From the NCBI GenBank assembly GCA_020344375.1, contig CP070823.1, forward strand, positions 976,617-1,040,616: a stretch of DNA of 64,000 nt, given 5' to 3'. Shown one piece after another: positions 39,032 to 49,099 of the stretch. Below the pieces are notes generated by a model. It searched no databases. It was not told where the DNA came from and was given only the letters and a program-made list of their open reading frames with translations. Position 1 is the first letter of the stretch, and each line of letters starts with the position of its first letter. A program made the position numbers and the translations under genes. Origin of the DNA: Gemmatimonadota bacterium. GTDB lineage: Bacteria; Gemmatimonadota; Gemmatimonadetes; Palauibacterales; KS3-K002.

Positions 39032-41118
39032 CCTTCGTCTTCAGCGTTGGGCGCACCCGATCCCCGCGGCACGGGAGACCTCACCGCTCCGTACTCAATG
39101 CGCCGGAGTACAGGAGGCGCTCCGGCAGCTGCCGAGAGAGGAGCGTAAACGTAGTACTGACAATCCGGATAGCGCGCCATCAATCGGCGGTTGCGGACGG
39201 GCCCGACAGCCCGCGCGTAAACGATCCCTCCTCGCAACCACGGATCGTTTCGCCAGACAAGCGTTCCGTACAGGGTGAAGCCGGTCCCGTCCCATACGGT
39301 CTCTTGATAGCAACAGTCCGCGATCGCGCTGGCCGTATCCACGCGAACCGTCGGATCTGGCAGCAATCCCTGTACTACGGGCAGCTGCATGTCCCGCCAT
39401 GTTCGCAGTCGTATGCGCAAGAGGCGCTGCGCCTCAGCCGAATCCCGGCCCGCAGCAACAAGGGAGTCGGTCTCGTCGAGCGCGCGCTGCAGACGGCAAC
39501 CGTCGACCACACGGTAAGTCCGCTCAGCCTCAGAAGCCGAGACCCCCCAGCCCCACATGCGGGCCACCAACCGGTTGCCCCATCCCACCTTGACGAACAC
39601 GAGCGCCTCACTCATTCCCAGACGCTGCGCCTCGACCTCGGGGTGCAACTTCATGCCTGGCATCCGCCCCGCTACAACGCCCGCGCTCCGCGGCAGGTTC
39701 AAGGCGACGCCGGCCGCGAGGCCAGCCAAGAGCGTGAGCCGGAACGCGCTCCGCCAGCGGCCCACGCGCGCGTCCAGCCCGGCGATACCGCCCACCGTGA
39801 GTAGCAGTGCCGGGATCAGCGAAGGATAAAGGAACCGGGGACCGAGGTAGTTGTCCCGGTGCCAGTAGAAGAAGTAGGCCACAGGAGCAGCAACCAGCAG
39901 CGCGGCCAGCAAGCCGCTGGTCGATCGTACGCGGCGGTCTGCGGCTGCAAGGGCCAGCGCGGCAAACAGAAAGATGAGCGACGGAAACGGCCAACCGAAC
40001 AGAAACACGTTCAGTCTCTGCAGATCGAGGGCCGTGTTGGCAAACGACTTGACCGGTGTGAAGGGCTCGCCCCAAGGATCGCTGTGAAAACCCAGTCCGT
40101 GACCCGGCCCCCAGAGCAAGGTGTACCCGAAGCGCAGCGGATGGCCGGTCGTGAGATCGTTGTAGATGAACAGCACCGCCACGCTGATCAGGCACGCACC
40201 ACCGGCTATGAATGCGGCTCGCCAACCCCGGCGCACCAGTATCCAAAGGCCCAAAGCCCCGGCCCACGCCGCGGACTCCAGCGGCCGTATCGTGGCCGCA
40301 GCGCCCAGCGCCAGGCCAAGCGTCACCGGCCAGCCAACACCCCCGGCGCCGTCCACGCGCAGGGCCGCGTACATAGCCAGCCCCAGGAAGAAGCCTGTCG
40401 TCACGTGGTTCATGTAGCTGGCGCTCATGAACAGCACGAACGGCGAGAACAGATACAACAGCGCTGCGAGTTTGGCACTCCCTTCCCCCAGCAGCCGACG
40501 CGCGATGGCGTAGACCAGCACAAGGGTGCCCGCTGAGAACAGCGGGTTCACTATCCAGGGGGCGCCGACGAGCAAACCCAACGTCAGCAGCGCAGGATGT
40601 CCCGGCGGATACTGAGAGAACCAGCGACCGTTGTGCTCAACGAGATGACTGGCGCCAAAGAACTCCCTCTCGTGAGGTGCAGGAGCCGTCAAGCCGCCCT
40701 TCCCGATGATGCGTGCCTGGAACAGCTGCGCGATCGAGTCGACGAGATGAGGGTTATGTGAGAAGAGTACACCGGAGAGCACCATCGTCACGCCGGCGAG
40801 GAGCAAGGCCAAGCCGAGCACAAAGACTCGACTCGGCAGATCGGCTATCTGGCAGCGAGATCTCTCGAGAAACGCATCCACGGTCGCGCCCCGGACCAGC
40901 GCCACCAGCACAGCTACTGGCACGGCGATAGCCAGCCACCAAGCCCAGTCCCGCGCGGTATCCGCATAGGCCGTCACCTCATCGGCCCGCGCCGTACCCA
41001 ACCAGGCCGCCCACGGCAGGAAGACGATGAGGATCAGAAAGACGGTCAGCGCTGCGAAGCCTCGCGCTCCCCAATCCCGAAACGGGCTATCGACCTCGTC
41101 AGCGGCTGGTCCGGGCAT
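39028..41118 (-). CDS. Polytopic membrane protein, ArnT/PMT_2-like GT-C glycosyltransferase with C-terminal soluble domain
   Basis: 696 aa. The multi-TM N-terminal 500 aa resemble the ArnT/PMT family layout. A 190-aa soluble C-terminal domain contains Cys residues. Confidence 0.55.
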   Translation of the reverse strand: MPGPAADEVDSPFRDWGARGFAALTVFLILIVFLPWAAWLGTARADEVTAYADTARDWAWWLAIAVPVAVLVALVRGATVDAFLERSRCQIADLPSRVFVLGLALLLAGVTMVLSGVLFSHNPHLVDSIAQLFQARIIGKGGLTAPAPHEREFFGASHLVEHNGRWFSQYPPGHPALLTLGLLVGAPWIVNPLFSAGTLVLVYAIARRLLGEGSAKLAALLYLFSPFVLFMSASYMNHVTTGFFLGLAMYAALRVDGAGGVGWPVTLGLALGAAATIRPLESAAWAGALGLWILVRRGWRAAFIAGGACLISVAVLFIYNDLTTGHPLRFGYTLLWGPGHGLGFHSDPWGEPFTPVKSFANTALDLQRLNVFLFGWPFPSLIFLFAALALAAADRRVRSTSGLLAALLVAAPVAYFFYWHRDNYLGPRFLYPSLIPALLLTVGGIAGLDARVGRWRSAFRLTLLAGLAAGVALNLPRSAGVVAGRMPGMKLHPEVEAQRLGMSEALVFVKVGWGNRLVARMWGWGVSASEAERTYRVVDGCRLQRALDETDSLVAAGRDSAEAQRLLRIRLRTWRDMQLPVVQGLLPDPTVRVDTASAIADCCYQETVWDGTGFTLYGTLVWRNDPWLRGGIVYARAVGPVRNRRLMARYPDCQYYVYAPLSAAAGAPPVLRRIEYGAVRSPVPRGSGAPNAEDEG

Positions 41119-41255
41119 TGCCTATTCTCACTGGACCCCTATCTTGTGGATTCCGTCCCCGCCGCTCATCCGCTCTGCCGAAACCTCACGGTGCCAACGC
41201 AGTGCGCGAACAGGTGCCTCACGAGAGCTTGCCTCACGATCGAGCGGAGGTTCCC

Positions 41256-43322
41256 GTGCCCAGAGTCGACCGCACAAGATTCGGCCGTCTCTTCCGCTGG
41301 TTGGCCGGGACCGTTCTGCTTCTCGGGGTGACGCTCGCGCACATACATGTGGTCTCACAGCCTGCCTCTTACCACGGGCCACTGCTCATAGCGGACCATC
41401 TCTTTGCCATCGCCCTCGCCGCCGCGATCGTGGTCGTCTCTGCAAGCCTCGGGCGCTTCACGCTCAGTCGCCTGCAGCTAGAGTTCGAGCATCCTCTGGA
41501 ATCGCTGTTGTTCTCTATCGTCAGCGGGGCCGCGATCGTGTCGATCGGCATCTTGCTTATCGGGTTCTTCTCGTTGCTGAAGACACCGATCATCGTACTC
41601 CTGCTGCTACTCGCGGGCCTCGTCGCCCGCAGTGAACTCACCGACTTGCCCCGCCTCTGCTCGGAAAGCATCGCGTACCTGAAAAAGCACAGAGGCCACA
41701 TCGCATTGGGCGTCGCGGGCAGCTTGGTCCTCGGGCTCGTGGCCGCGGTCCTGCTCGTCCAGGCCGTTGCCCCACCGACCGACTGGGACAGCTTGATGTA
41801 CCATCTCCACATACCGCGGCAGTTTCTCGACGCGGGGCGCATTCTGGTTCCCGAGGACAACCTCCATGTCGCCTTCGTGGGGCTCGTGCACATGCTGTAC
41901 GTGCCGGCTCTCGCGCTGCAAAGCCCCGCTGCGGCAGCGGTTCTCAGCGTCCTCTTCGCGCTGCTCCTCGGTCTCGCGACGTTCTCGCTGGCCGCCAGGT
42001 TCCTCAACGATGCGACGGCGAGCTTCAGTCTCTCGATCCTCTGGGCCACCACGAGCATCCTGCTGGTGGCAATAACCCCGAGGGTTGACATCGCACTTGC
42101 GTTGTACCTCCTTCTCGCGCACTACGCACTGCTGATCGCGCTCTCCGATACCGGGCGCACAGCCCATCTCTATCTCGCGGCCGTGCTCCTAGGGTTCGCC
42201 GTCGGGATCAAGTACCACGCGCTCGCTTACGCGCTGGCCCTGGCGCCGCTCATCGCCTGGGTTGCGCAAAGGAGGGGCAACACGTTGACGGGCTCGCTGC
42301 GGCCGCTCGCTCTCTTCGGGCTGCTTCTTTCGGCGGCTGCCGCGCCCTGGCTGATCAAGAATGGGCTCCTCCTCAAAGCACCCCTGTATCCCTTCTTCAG
42401 CGAAACGCTGCTCGAACCCTGGCTCGCTTCCCTGTACGGAAGCTCGACTGTCCCATCGACCGTTGACCCGGAGATCTTCAGGGCGCTCGCGGAGGCCCGT
42501 TTCCGATTCAACCTCGTCGATCTCTTCACGGCCCCCGGCCGATTGACGGTGGAGCAAGAAGGCCGTTACTACCACATGAATTTCCTATTCCTGCTCCTCC
42601 CGCTGTGGGTACTGTATCTGCGCAACAGACGGCTCAACTGGCTGCTGATTCCGCCCGCCACCTATCTGCTGCTGATCGTGGCTCCGTTCCCGCTGACGAA
42701 CCTCCGCTACCTGATACCGGCCGTTGCGCCGCTGACCGTCGTCACCGCCTACGTCATCGTTCAGCTGTCCCATCGTCTACTGTCAGCAGGAGCGGCCAGG
42801 CTCCTCGTCATCTCTCTCGCCGCTCTGGCGCTCTATCCCTCCGCGAGGGCGATGCATTTCTGGCTAGGCAAGAGCAAAGTGCTCGGTCACTTCGCCGGCG
42901 TGACGTCGGAGCGAGAGTACTTGGATACCGGCTACTCTTACTACAGCCAGCTGACCGAGGCGGTGAACCAGCGGGTCCCCGGTGACGCCAAGGTCCTCCT
43001 GCTCTTTGAGGCGCGCGGCTACTACTTCGAGCCGGCAGTGATCCAGGACAACATGCTGACGAACTGGCCACTTCTCGCTCCCAAGGCCATCGGTAGTGAA
43101 GACTGTCTGAGCTCGACGGGAATCACCCACATCCTCGTCAGCGACCTTGCCGTACGCTACTACGTGCGCCGCGGAACCGACCCGCAGGTTCTCGGTTCGG
43201 ATCTCTTCCCCGTCTTTGCCACACAATGCCTCGCGCCGTTCTATCAGGGGCGTGGCTTCAGGATTCTGGAACTGCGGGCCGGACCGGAGGTTGAGGCCCT
43301 GCCTTCCCCGACGCGCGGATGA
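41256..43322 (+). CDS. Polytopic membrane protein, GT-C-like; paralog of 60081-62150
   Basis: GTG at 41256 sits 5 nt after GGAGG; 688 aa. Colinear over its whole length with the 689-aa product of 60081-62150, roughly half the residues identical by eye. Shared blocks include APPxDWDxLxYHL, VGLVHMLY, LLVAITPR and NLRYLIPA. Confidence 0.6.
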   Translation: MPRVDRTRFGRLFRWLAGTVLLLGVTLAHIHVVSQPASYHGPLLIADHLFAIALAAAIVVVSASLGRFTLSRLQLEFEHPLESLLFSIVSGAAIVSIGILLIGFFSLLKTPIIVLLLLLAGLVARSELTDLPRLCSESIAYLKKHRGHIALGVAGSLVLGLVAAVLLVQAVAPPTDWDSLMYHLHIPRQFLDAGRILVPEDNLHVAFVGLVHMLYVPALALQSPAAAAVLSVLFALLLGLATFSLAARFLNDATASFSLSILWATTSILLVAITPRVDIALALYLLLAHYALLIALSDTGRTAHLYLAAVLLGFAVGIKYHALAYALALAPLIAWVAQRRGNTLTGSLRPLALFGLLLSAAAAPWLIKNGLLLKAPLYPFFSETLLEPWLASLYGSSTVPSTVDPEIFRALAEARFRFNLVDLFTAPGRLTVEQEGRYYHMNFLFLLLPLWVLYLRNRRLNWLLIPPATYLLLIVAPFPLTNLRYLIPAVAPLTVVTAYVIVQLSHRLLSAGAARLLVISLAALALYPSARAMHFWLGKSKVLGHFAGVTSEREYLDTGYSYYSQLTEAVNQRVPGDAKVLLLFEARGYYFEPAVIQDNMLTNWPLLAPKAIGSEDCLSSTGITHILVSDLAVRYYVRRGTDPQVLGSDLFPVFATQCLAPFYQGRGFRILELRAGPEVEALPSPTRG

Positions 43323-43392
43323 TCAGGATCACGAGACTCCGAATCGTCGTCACGCAACTCCGCCTTCTCGCGCGCCAAGCGGGCCCGCAGCT

Positions 43393-44760
43393 CTAGTCTT
43401 CAGATTCGAAGCGAGCAAGTTTACGGTAGAGGGTCGACGGGTCGATCCCCAGCACCTCGGCGGCTCGGGTCTTGTTGCCGCCTTCCGCCCTGAGCACCCA
43501 TTCGATATATGCTCGCTCGACGATCTCCAGCGGAGGGTTAGCCGGCCGCTGGCCACTTACCAGAGGCACCGGCTGTCGCTCCGTGACCCGGCTCGGGAGA
43601 ACGTCCGCGGTGATGGCCGCGCCCTGGGTCATCGCCACGGCACGCTCCAGGGCGTTCTCCAATTCGCGAACGTTGCCGGGCCAGTCGTATTCACACAGCG
43701 CCTGCAAGGCGTCCTCGGACAGCCCCTTGGGCTCAGCGTTCCGCCGCTTGGCAAACTCGTTCAGGAAGTTCTCGGCAAGGAGCGGAATGTCATCACGGCG
43801 TTCCCGCAGCGTGGGCAGGTGTATGGCGATGACATTGAGCCTGTAGAACAGGTCGGTCCGGAAGGATCCATGGCGAATCTTCTCCTCCAGATCCGCATTG
43901 GTCGCGGCCACGATCCGTACGTCGACCTGCACAGGCTCCGTGGCACCGACCGGGATCACCTCATGCTGTTGCAGGACGTGCAGCAGCCTCACCTGAGTGG
44001 CGGGGACCATCTCGCCCACCTCGTCCAGGAACAGGGTCCCTGCGTTCGCTGCTACGAACAGCCCTTGCTTGTCCCGTACCGCGCCGGTGAAGCTCCCCTT
44101 CACGTGGCCGAACAGCTCGGACTCGAGAAGACTCTCAGGTAGCGCGCCGCAATTGATGCTGAGGAATGAATTGTCGTTGCGGTCGGACAGCTCGTGGATG
44201 TAGCGCGCCAGCACCTCTTTGCCCGTACCGCTCTCGCCCTGTATCAGGACCGTTGATTCGGTGGGCGCTACGGTCTCGGCGACGTTGAGCGCTTCCAGGA
44301 AATTGCGGCACTTGCCAATAGGCTTCGACCTGGCGGATTGATCGCGCCTGCGGATCTCGCGTTTCAGCGTCCTGTTCTCGGAGGTGACGCGCCCGTAATC
44401 GACAGCCTTCCAGAGAATGGCGAGTAGCTCCTCGTTGGTGAAGGGCTTCTGTACGTAGTAGAAGGCGCCCTGGTTCACCGCCTGGATGGCCGACTGCAGT
44501 GATGCCTGCGCCGTCATCAGCACGACAGGCACGTCGGGAAGGCGATTTCGCGTCTCGGACAGAACGTCGATCCCTGTCACCTTGGGCATCCGTATGTCGG
44601 CAAGAACGACGTCGGGAGTGTCGTCCAGTCTCTCGATAGCTTCACGGCCTGACAGCGCGGAGATCACAGCGAATCCCTCGCGCTTCAGCAGAACCGTCAA
44701 TGTCTCGACGAGACTCTCCTCGTCATCGACGATCAGGATTCTCGGCTCAACCTTTTCCAC
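43393..44760 (-). CDS. pilR: NtrC-family sigma-54-dependent response regulator PilR
   Basis: Receiver (ILIVDDEES..., [13 protein letters not shown]), [17 protein letters not shown]+ core, and Fis HTH. Overlaps the upstream kinase gene. Confidence 0.85.
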   Translation of the reverse strand: MEKVEPRILIVDDEESLVETLTVLLKREGFAVISALSGREAIERLDDTPDVVLADIRMPKVTGIDVLSETRNRLPDVPVVLMTAQASLQSAIQAVNQGAFYYVQKPFTNEELLAILWKAVDYGRVTSENRTLKREIRRRDQSARSKPIGKCRNFLEALNVAETVAPTESTVLIQGESGTGKEVLARYIHELSDRNDNSFLSINCGALPESLLESELFGHVKGSFTGAVRDKQGLFVAANAGTLFLDEVGEMVPATQVRLLHVLQQHEVIPVGATEPVQVDVRIVAATNADLEEKIRHGSFRTDLFYRLNVIAIHLPTLRERRDDIPLLAENFLNEFAKRRNAEPKGLSEDALQALCEYDWPGNVRELENALERAVAMTQGAAITADVLPSRVTERQPVPLVSGQRPANPPLEIVERAYIEWVLRAEGGNKTRAAEVLGIDPSTLYRKLARFESED

Positions 44761-46501
44761 AACGTTCCTCCCCTACCGCTGTACTTGCCGGCGGGGGTTT
44801 GCCCGGTAGGCAGACTGTGAACCGGGTGCCGGTTCGCTCGTCGGACGTGACCAGGACAGCTCCCCGATGTTCCCGCACGGCCCGGTGCACAATCGCCAGG
44901 CCCAAGCCGGAACCGCCTGGACGCGTGCTGAAGAACGGATCGAAGACGCGCGTGAGGTCACGTTCGGGAATTCCCGAACCGTTGTCTGAGACGCGCATGA
45001 ACACCGGGTCTGCTATGTCGAACTGCTCGGGCAGGCTCTCCATCTTGCCGCTGAATATCTCGACCTCCACCTTCGTCGTCCTTCCCGGGACCGCGGCCTG
45101 CACAGCATTGAGGACGAGGTTCGTGACCACACGGTGCATCAGATCCTCGTCCCCCTCGAACAATACCGGATCCGTGTCAAGCTTCGTCTCCAGCTTGACA
45201 TCTCCGCTGCAGGCAGGGTGCTGGCGCACGACATTCAGCGCGTGCATCGCGACCTCACGCAGGTCGAGTTGCTTCCGCCGCCCGATTCGCACGCGAGCGA
45301 ACTCGATGAAGTCGCTGAGCAAACGCGACAAGCGATCGGACTCCTTCAAGATGAGGCGCGACAGCAGTCGATCGTCATCGTCAACATCTTCCTTCAGCTT
45401 CAGCTGTTGGACAGAGCTGCTGATGGAGGCCAAGGGGTTCTTGATCTCATGGGCCAGCGAGGCGGACAGCTCGGCCACTGCCTCCAAGCGCTCCGTCCGC
45501 TGGCGCAGTTGTTCCACTCGCTTGACGTCTGAGATGTCTCGCATGATTGCCGTTACCGACGGCGGGCCTTCTCTACGCTCGAGCACGGCTGTGCTGATGC
45601 CGACGGGGATGACCTCGCCGTCACGCCTCACCTCGATCTCCGCACTGGCGACAGGCATGCGAAAATCGCGAGTACGCTCCAGCGCCCTATGCAGACCGAC
45701 CGAGCGGCTCGCGAGCTTATCGAGAACGGGCCGTTCCATCCAAACACCGGCTTCGATCCCCAGCAGGCGCTCCGCGGCCGGGTTCGCGTAGGCCAGGCAA
45801 CCATCACCGTCGACCGTGAGCACGGCGGTTGGGATGTTGCTGAGGATGTCGCCGGTGTCGAGGCGCAGCTGCTCGAGGGCATGCTCCACCGATGTCAGCA
45901 CCGTACCGGTCTCCAGAAGCTTGTGGCTGACCAGGCCGACGACCAATGCAACTCCGACGAAGATCCCCAGCTGCAGCGCTACGACGGTATCCACCGATGT
46001 GCCCTGACCCCACACGACCTCAGCGATATACGCGATGCACGCCAACCCGGTGACGAGTAACCCGCCGCGGAGCGGAAATATCAGCGTATAGGCGCTGATC
46101 AGCAGGATATAGAACGGCGCGATCACGCTCTCACGCCCACCAGTCAGGTGGACGACCAGGGTTATCAGCAGCACATCGAAGATCGCCTGGGCATACACGA
46201 AGCTCGACCCGGCCAGCTGTTGGCGGACATGGGTGAACCAGTAGGAGATCGGTGTGAGGATCAGAGTCAGGACCAGGGCCAGCGATGCGGCCAGGGTCTG
46301 GCCCGGCGAAGCCGCTGACCAGGCAATGGCCGCGCCCGCGAACAGGCCCCCGGCGAGCCCGATTCTGACGAGATAGACCCAGCGGAGGATATCGCGATGC
46401 GGGAACGCACGCTCACCCACCTCCGGGACTACCCCCTCCCTCGCCCCGTTCACCGCGGTGTCGTTAGCCGTCTTCAGCGGAGCAGCCGTGCTGCCGTTCA
46501 C
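44747..46501 (-). CDS. pilS: Sensor histidine kinase PilS-type (about six N-terminal TM segments, PAS, HisKA, HATPase)
   Basis: Multi-TM N-terminus, then PAS, an H-box LAHEIKNPLASI and G-boxes DNGSGIP/GSGLGLAIV. Start placed provisionally at GTG 46501. The tracked ORF extends to 46705 through a low-complexity region. Confidence 0.75.
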   Translation of the reverse strand: MNGSTAAPLKTANDTAVNGAREGVVPEVGERAFPHRDILRWVYLVRIGLAGGLFAGAAIAWSAASPGQTLAASLALVLTLILTPISYWFTHVRQQLAGSSFVYAQAIFDVLLITLVVHLTGGRESVIAPFYILLISAYTLIFPLRGGLLVTGLACIAYIAEVVWGQGTSVDTVVALQLGIFVGVALVVGLVSHKLLETGTVLTSVEHALEQLRLDTGDILSNIPTAVLTVDGDGCLAYANPAAERLLGIEAGVWMERPVLDKLASRSVGLHRALERTRDFRMPVASAEIEVRRDGEVIPVGISTAVLERREGPPSVTAIMRDISDVKRVEQLRQRTERLEAVAELSASLAHEIKNPLASISSSVQQLKLKEDVDDDDRLLSRLILKESDRLSRLLSDFIEFARVRIGRRKQLDLREVAMHALNVVRQHPACSGDVKLETKLDTDPVLFEGDEDLMHRVVTNLVLNAVQAAVPGRTTKVEVEIFSGKMESLPEQFDIADPVFMRVSDNGSGIPERDLTRVFDPFFSTRPGGSGLGLAIVHRAVREHRGAVLVTSDERTGTRFTVCLPGKPPPASTAVGEERCGKG

Positions 46502-46672
46502 GCTGTTAATCGTCCGTCCTCCTAGACCGCAAGACCTCGGTTCCAGTCGCGAGCACCCGGACCGCCAAAGAATCGAAGCCAGTGAGGGTGAAACGGGGGA
46601 GGATTCGTCGAAAGGCACTCCTTCCGGCCGCCGGCATGCTGCGACCCAGACTCCGCAACGATAATCTCGACT

Positions 46673-46687
46673 CTTGCAAAATGCAAG
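46673..46687. promoter_or_regulatory. Perfect 6-3-6 inverted repeat CTTGCA-AAA-TGCAAG in the pilS / glycosylation-operon divergent region
   Basis: Sits in a locally AT-richer stretch between divergent genes. It is 13/15 identical to the repeat upstream of pilA. Confidence 0.4.
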
Positions 46688-46821
46688 ACCCCGGGGGCCG
46701 GGCACCCTCGCGCCGCCCGGGACCTCCGCCCATTGAGTCCGACCCCGACTCGCTGCATCTTTGGGGGGGTGAGCTCCCCTGCCCTACGGCTCCCTCCCAT
46801 CACCGCGTACCTCGACCTGAG

Positions 46822-47817
46822 ATGACCAAGCTGATCATCCAGATTCCTTGTTACAACGAGGAAAAGACGCTGCCGGTGGCCCTCGCGGCCCTGCCGCGGG
46901 ACGTGTCGGGTGCGGATCGAGTGGAATGGCTCGTCATCGATGACGGGAGCGGCGACGCCACGGCCGAGGTCGCCAGGCAGGCGGGGGTTGATCACGTCGT
47001 GCGCCTGCCACGCCACCAAGGGCTGGCACGGGCGTTCGTGGCGGGTCTGGAGGCGTCGCTGCGGGCGGGCGCCGATATCATCGTGAACACCGACGCCGAC
47101 AACCAGTACTGCGCGGACGACATCCCCAAGCTGATCGAGCCCATCCTGCGCGGCGAGGCCGAGATCGTGGTGGGCGCGCGGCCCATCAATGAGATCAAGC
47201 ATTTCTCGCCGATCAAGAAGTTGCTGCAGCGGGCCGGGAGCGGGGTCACGCGGCTGATTAGCCAGGCCGATGTACAGGATGCGCCGAGCGGCTTCCGCGC
47301 GTTCAGCCGCGAGGCCGCCATGAAGCTGCACGTATTCAACGAGTACACGTACACGATCGAGACCGTCATCCAGGCCGGGCAGAAGGGGATGGCCATCACA
47401 TCCGTCCCGATCCGGATCAACGAAGACCTGCGTCCCTCCCGGCTGGTGAAGAACTTGCCCAGCTACCTGTACCGGCAGCTGCTGACCATGATGCGGATCT
47501 TCGTCACGTACAAGCCCTTCAGGTTCTTTGCCACCGCCGGTGTACTCGTGTTTCTCGCCGGCCTGTTGATCAGCGTTCGCTTCCTGTACTTCTACTTCAC
47601 CGGCAACGGAGCCGGGCACGTTCAGTCTCTCATCCTGTCAGCCCTGCTGATGGGCGCGGGGTTCTTCCTGGCTGTGATTGGCCTCGTCGTAGACCTGATC
47701 TCGGTCAACCGTCAGCTCCTCGAGATCCTGGACTGGCGCATGCAGAAGATCGAGGAGCGCATGAGCGATCAGAGCACGGTGATGACGGAATCGAGGTCGC
47801 GCGATGAGGCACAATGA
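46822..47817 (+). CDS. GT2-family polyprenyl-phosphate glycosyltransferase (GtrB/ArnC/DPM1-like)
   Basis: ATG at 46822 gives MTKLIIQIPCYNEE..., with DDGSGD and TDADNQ (DxD) motifs plus two C-terminal TM helices. This is the architecture of lipid-phosphate sugar synthases. Confidence 0.8.
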   Translation: MTKLIIQIPCYNEEKTLPVALAALPRDVSGADRVEWLVIDDGSGDATAEVARQAGVDHVVRLPRHQGLARAFVAGLEASLRAGADIIVNTDADNQYCADDIPKLIEPILRGEAEIVVGARPINEIKHFSPIKKLLQRAGSGVTRLISQADVQDAPSGFRAFSREAAMKLHVFNEYTYTIETVIQAGQKGMAITSVPIRINEDLRPSRLVKNLPSYLYRQLLTMMRIFVTYKPFRFFATAGVLVFLAGLLISVRFLYFYFTGNGAGHVQSLILSALLMGAGFFLAVIGLVVDLISVNRQLLEILDWRMQKIEERMSDQSTVMTESRSRDEAQ

Positions 47818-49099
47818 ACCGGCCTTCGACACGACAGGCCGGTCGCGGTCAGGCAGCGCTTCCGACCCTACGGCTCCGGCCATGAGCCCCACGCAGAACG
47901 TAGCGCGAGAGCCCGGCCGGCTGGCCGCCGTCCAGGGAAGGCTCCTCGCTGTGGCCGAGAGCAGCGACTACGAGGGGTACTCGAAGCACGATGCGCTGAA
48001 CTCTCCCTGGCTGGCAGCCGCGGCAGGCGAATCCAAGTGGTTGCGGCTCGCGATCACTCAGGCGGTCATGCGTTCTCCGCTGCACGTCCGGCCGCTGCTC
48101 GGCGTGCGCACGGCACGCAACGCCAAGGGGATTTCGCTTTTCGCGCGGGCCCTGCTGGCGCGGTATCGAGTCTATGGCCAGCAGGGCAGCGCCGAGGCTG
48201 CGCGGCGCCTCCTGGCCTGGCTCGCCGATCCTCCCGCCTCAGAATTCCCCTGGCCGGCGTGGGGGTATCCGTATCCGTGGCAGGACGTGGGCTTCTTCGC
48301 GCCCCGCGATTTCCCGAACCGCGTGGTCACCTCCTTCGTGGTTCAGGCCCTGCTGGACGGCTACGATGTGCTCGGCGAGAAGAAGCTCCTCGATGTCGCC
48401 CGTGAGATGGTGGACTTCCTGTTGCAGGCGCCCAGGACCCTCTACGAGGACGATCGGCACCGCTGCGTCAGCTACGTGCCAAGCGATACCGTCGACTGGA
48501 TCGTCCTGGACGTCCCAGCTCTGACCGGCGCGGTGGCGGCCCGACTCGCAGCGATTCGGCAGGACACGGAGCTCATGCGTGAAGCGGGCCGACTTCTACG
48601 CTACGTCGTCTCCAAGCAGACCGACTACGCCGCGTGGTACTACGCAGACCCGCCCTCTGCCAGTCACATCACGCACGACAACTACCACACAGGTTTCATC
48701 CTCGACGCCCTCCTCGAATACGGCCGCTGGGCCGAGAGCGACGAGTTCGAGGCTGCCTATCGCCGAGGGCTGCGGTTCTACCGGGAACGCCTATTCGAGT
48801 CCGACGGGGCGCCCCGCTTCATGCACGATCGAAAGTACCCGCTGGACATCCACGGGGCAGCCCAGGGGATCATCACGTTCGCCAAAGCGCAGCAGGCTCT
48901 AGGCGAGGGCTGCGACTTCTCGCGGCGCGTGCTGGGCTGGGCACTCCGAAACATGTACGATTCGCGCACAGGCTGGTTCTACTATCAGAGGCGACATTTC
49001 TTCCGTACCCCCATCCGTCTCCTGCGTTGGTGCCAGGCGTGGATGGCCTGGGCCATCGGCTGTCACGTCGAGTGCTGTGGGGAGTTGCCGTGCGAGTGA
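47804..49099 (+). CDS. Conserved hypothetical soluble protein (possibly alpha/alpha-toroid fold)
   Basis: 431-aa ORF translationally coupled on both sides. Helical, Trp/Tyr-rich blocks (WGYPYPWQ, DNYHTGFILDALLEY). The family is not recognised with confidence. Confidence 0.5.
   Translation: MRHNEPAFDTTGRSRSGSASDPTAPAMSPTQNVAREPGRLAAVQGRLLAVAESSDYEGYSKHDALNSPWLAAAAGESKWLRLAITQAVMRSPLHVRPLLGVRTARNAKGISLFARALLARYRVYGQQGSAEAARRLLAWLADPPASEFPWPAWGYPYPWQDVGFFAPRDFPNRVVTSFVVQALLDGYDVLGEKKLLDVAREMVDFLLQAPRTLYEDDRHRCVSYVPSDTVDWIVLDVPALTGAVAARLAAIRQDTELMREAGRLLRYVVSKQTDYAAWYYADPPSASHITHDNYHTGFILDALLEYGRWAESDEFEAAYRRGLRFYRERLFESDGAPRFMHDRKYPLDIHGAAQGIITFAKAQQALGEGCDFSRRVLGWALRNMYDSRTGWFYYQRRHFFRTPIRLLRWCQAWMAWAIGCHVECCGELPCE

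Noticed and set aside
41191-41196. TGGCAC (-24-like) element on the minus strand upstream of the 39028-41118 gene
   Set aside because: The sequence at the -12 position is GGTTT rather than TTGC. It is only a half match, so I did not call it a sigma-54 promoter.
46560-46700. Sigma-54 promoters near the 46673-46687 palindrome on either strand
   Set aside because: The best candidates (GGGGTCTTGCATTTTGC on the minus strand, TTGGGGGGGTGAGC on the plus strand at about 46780) have GG-to-GC spacing off by one or lack the GC. I did not call them.
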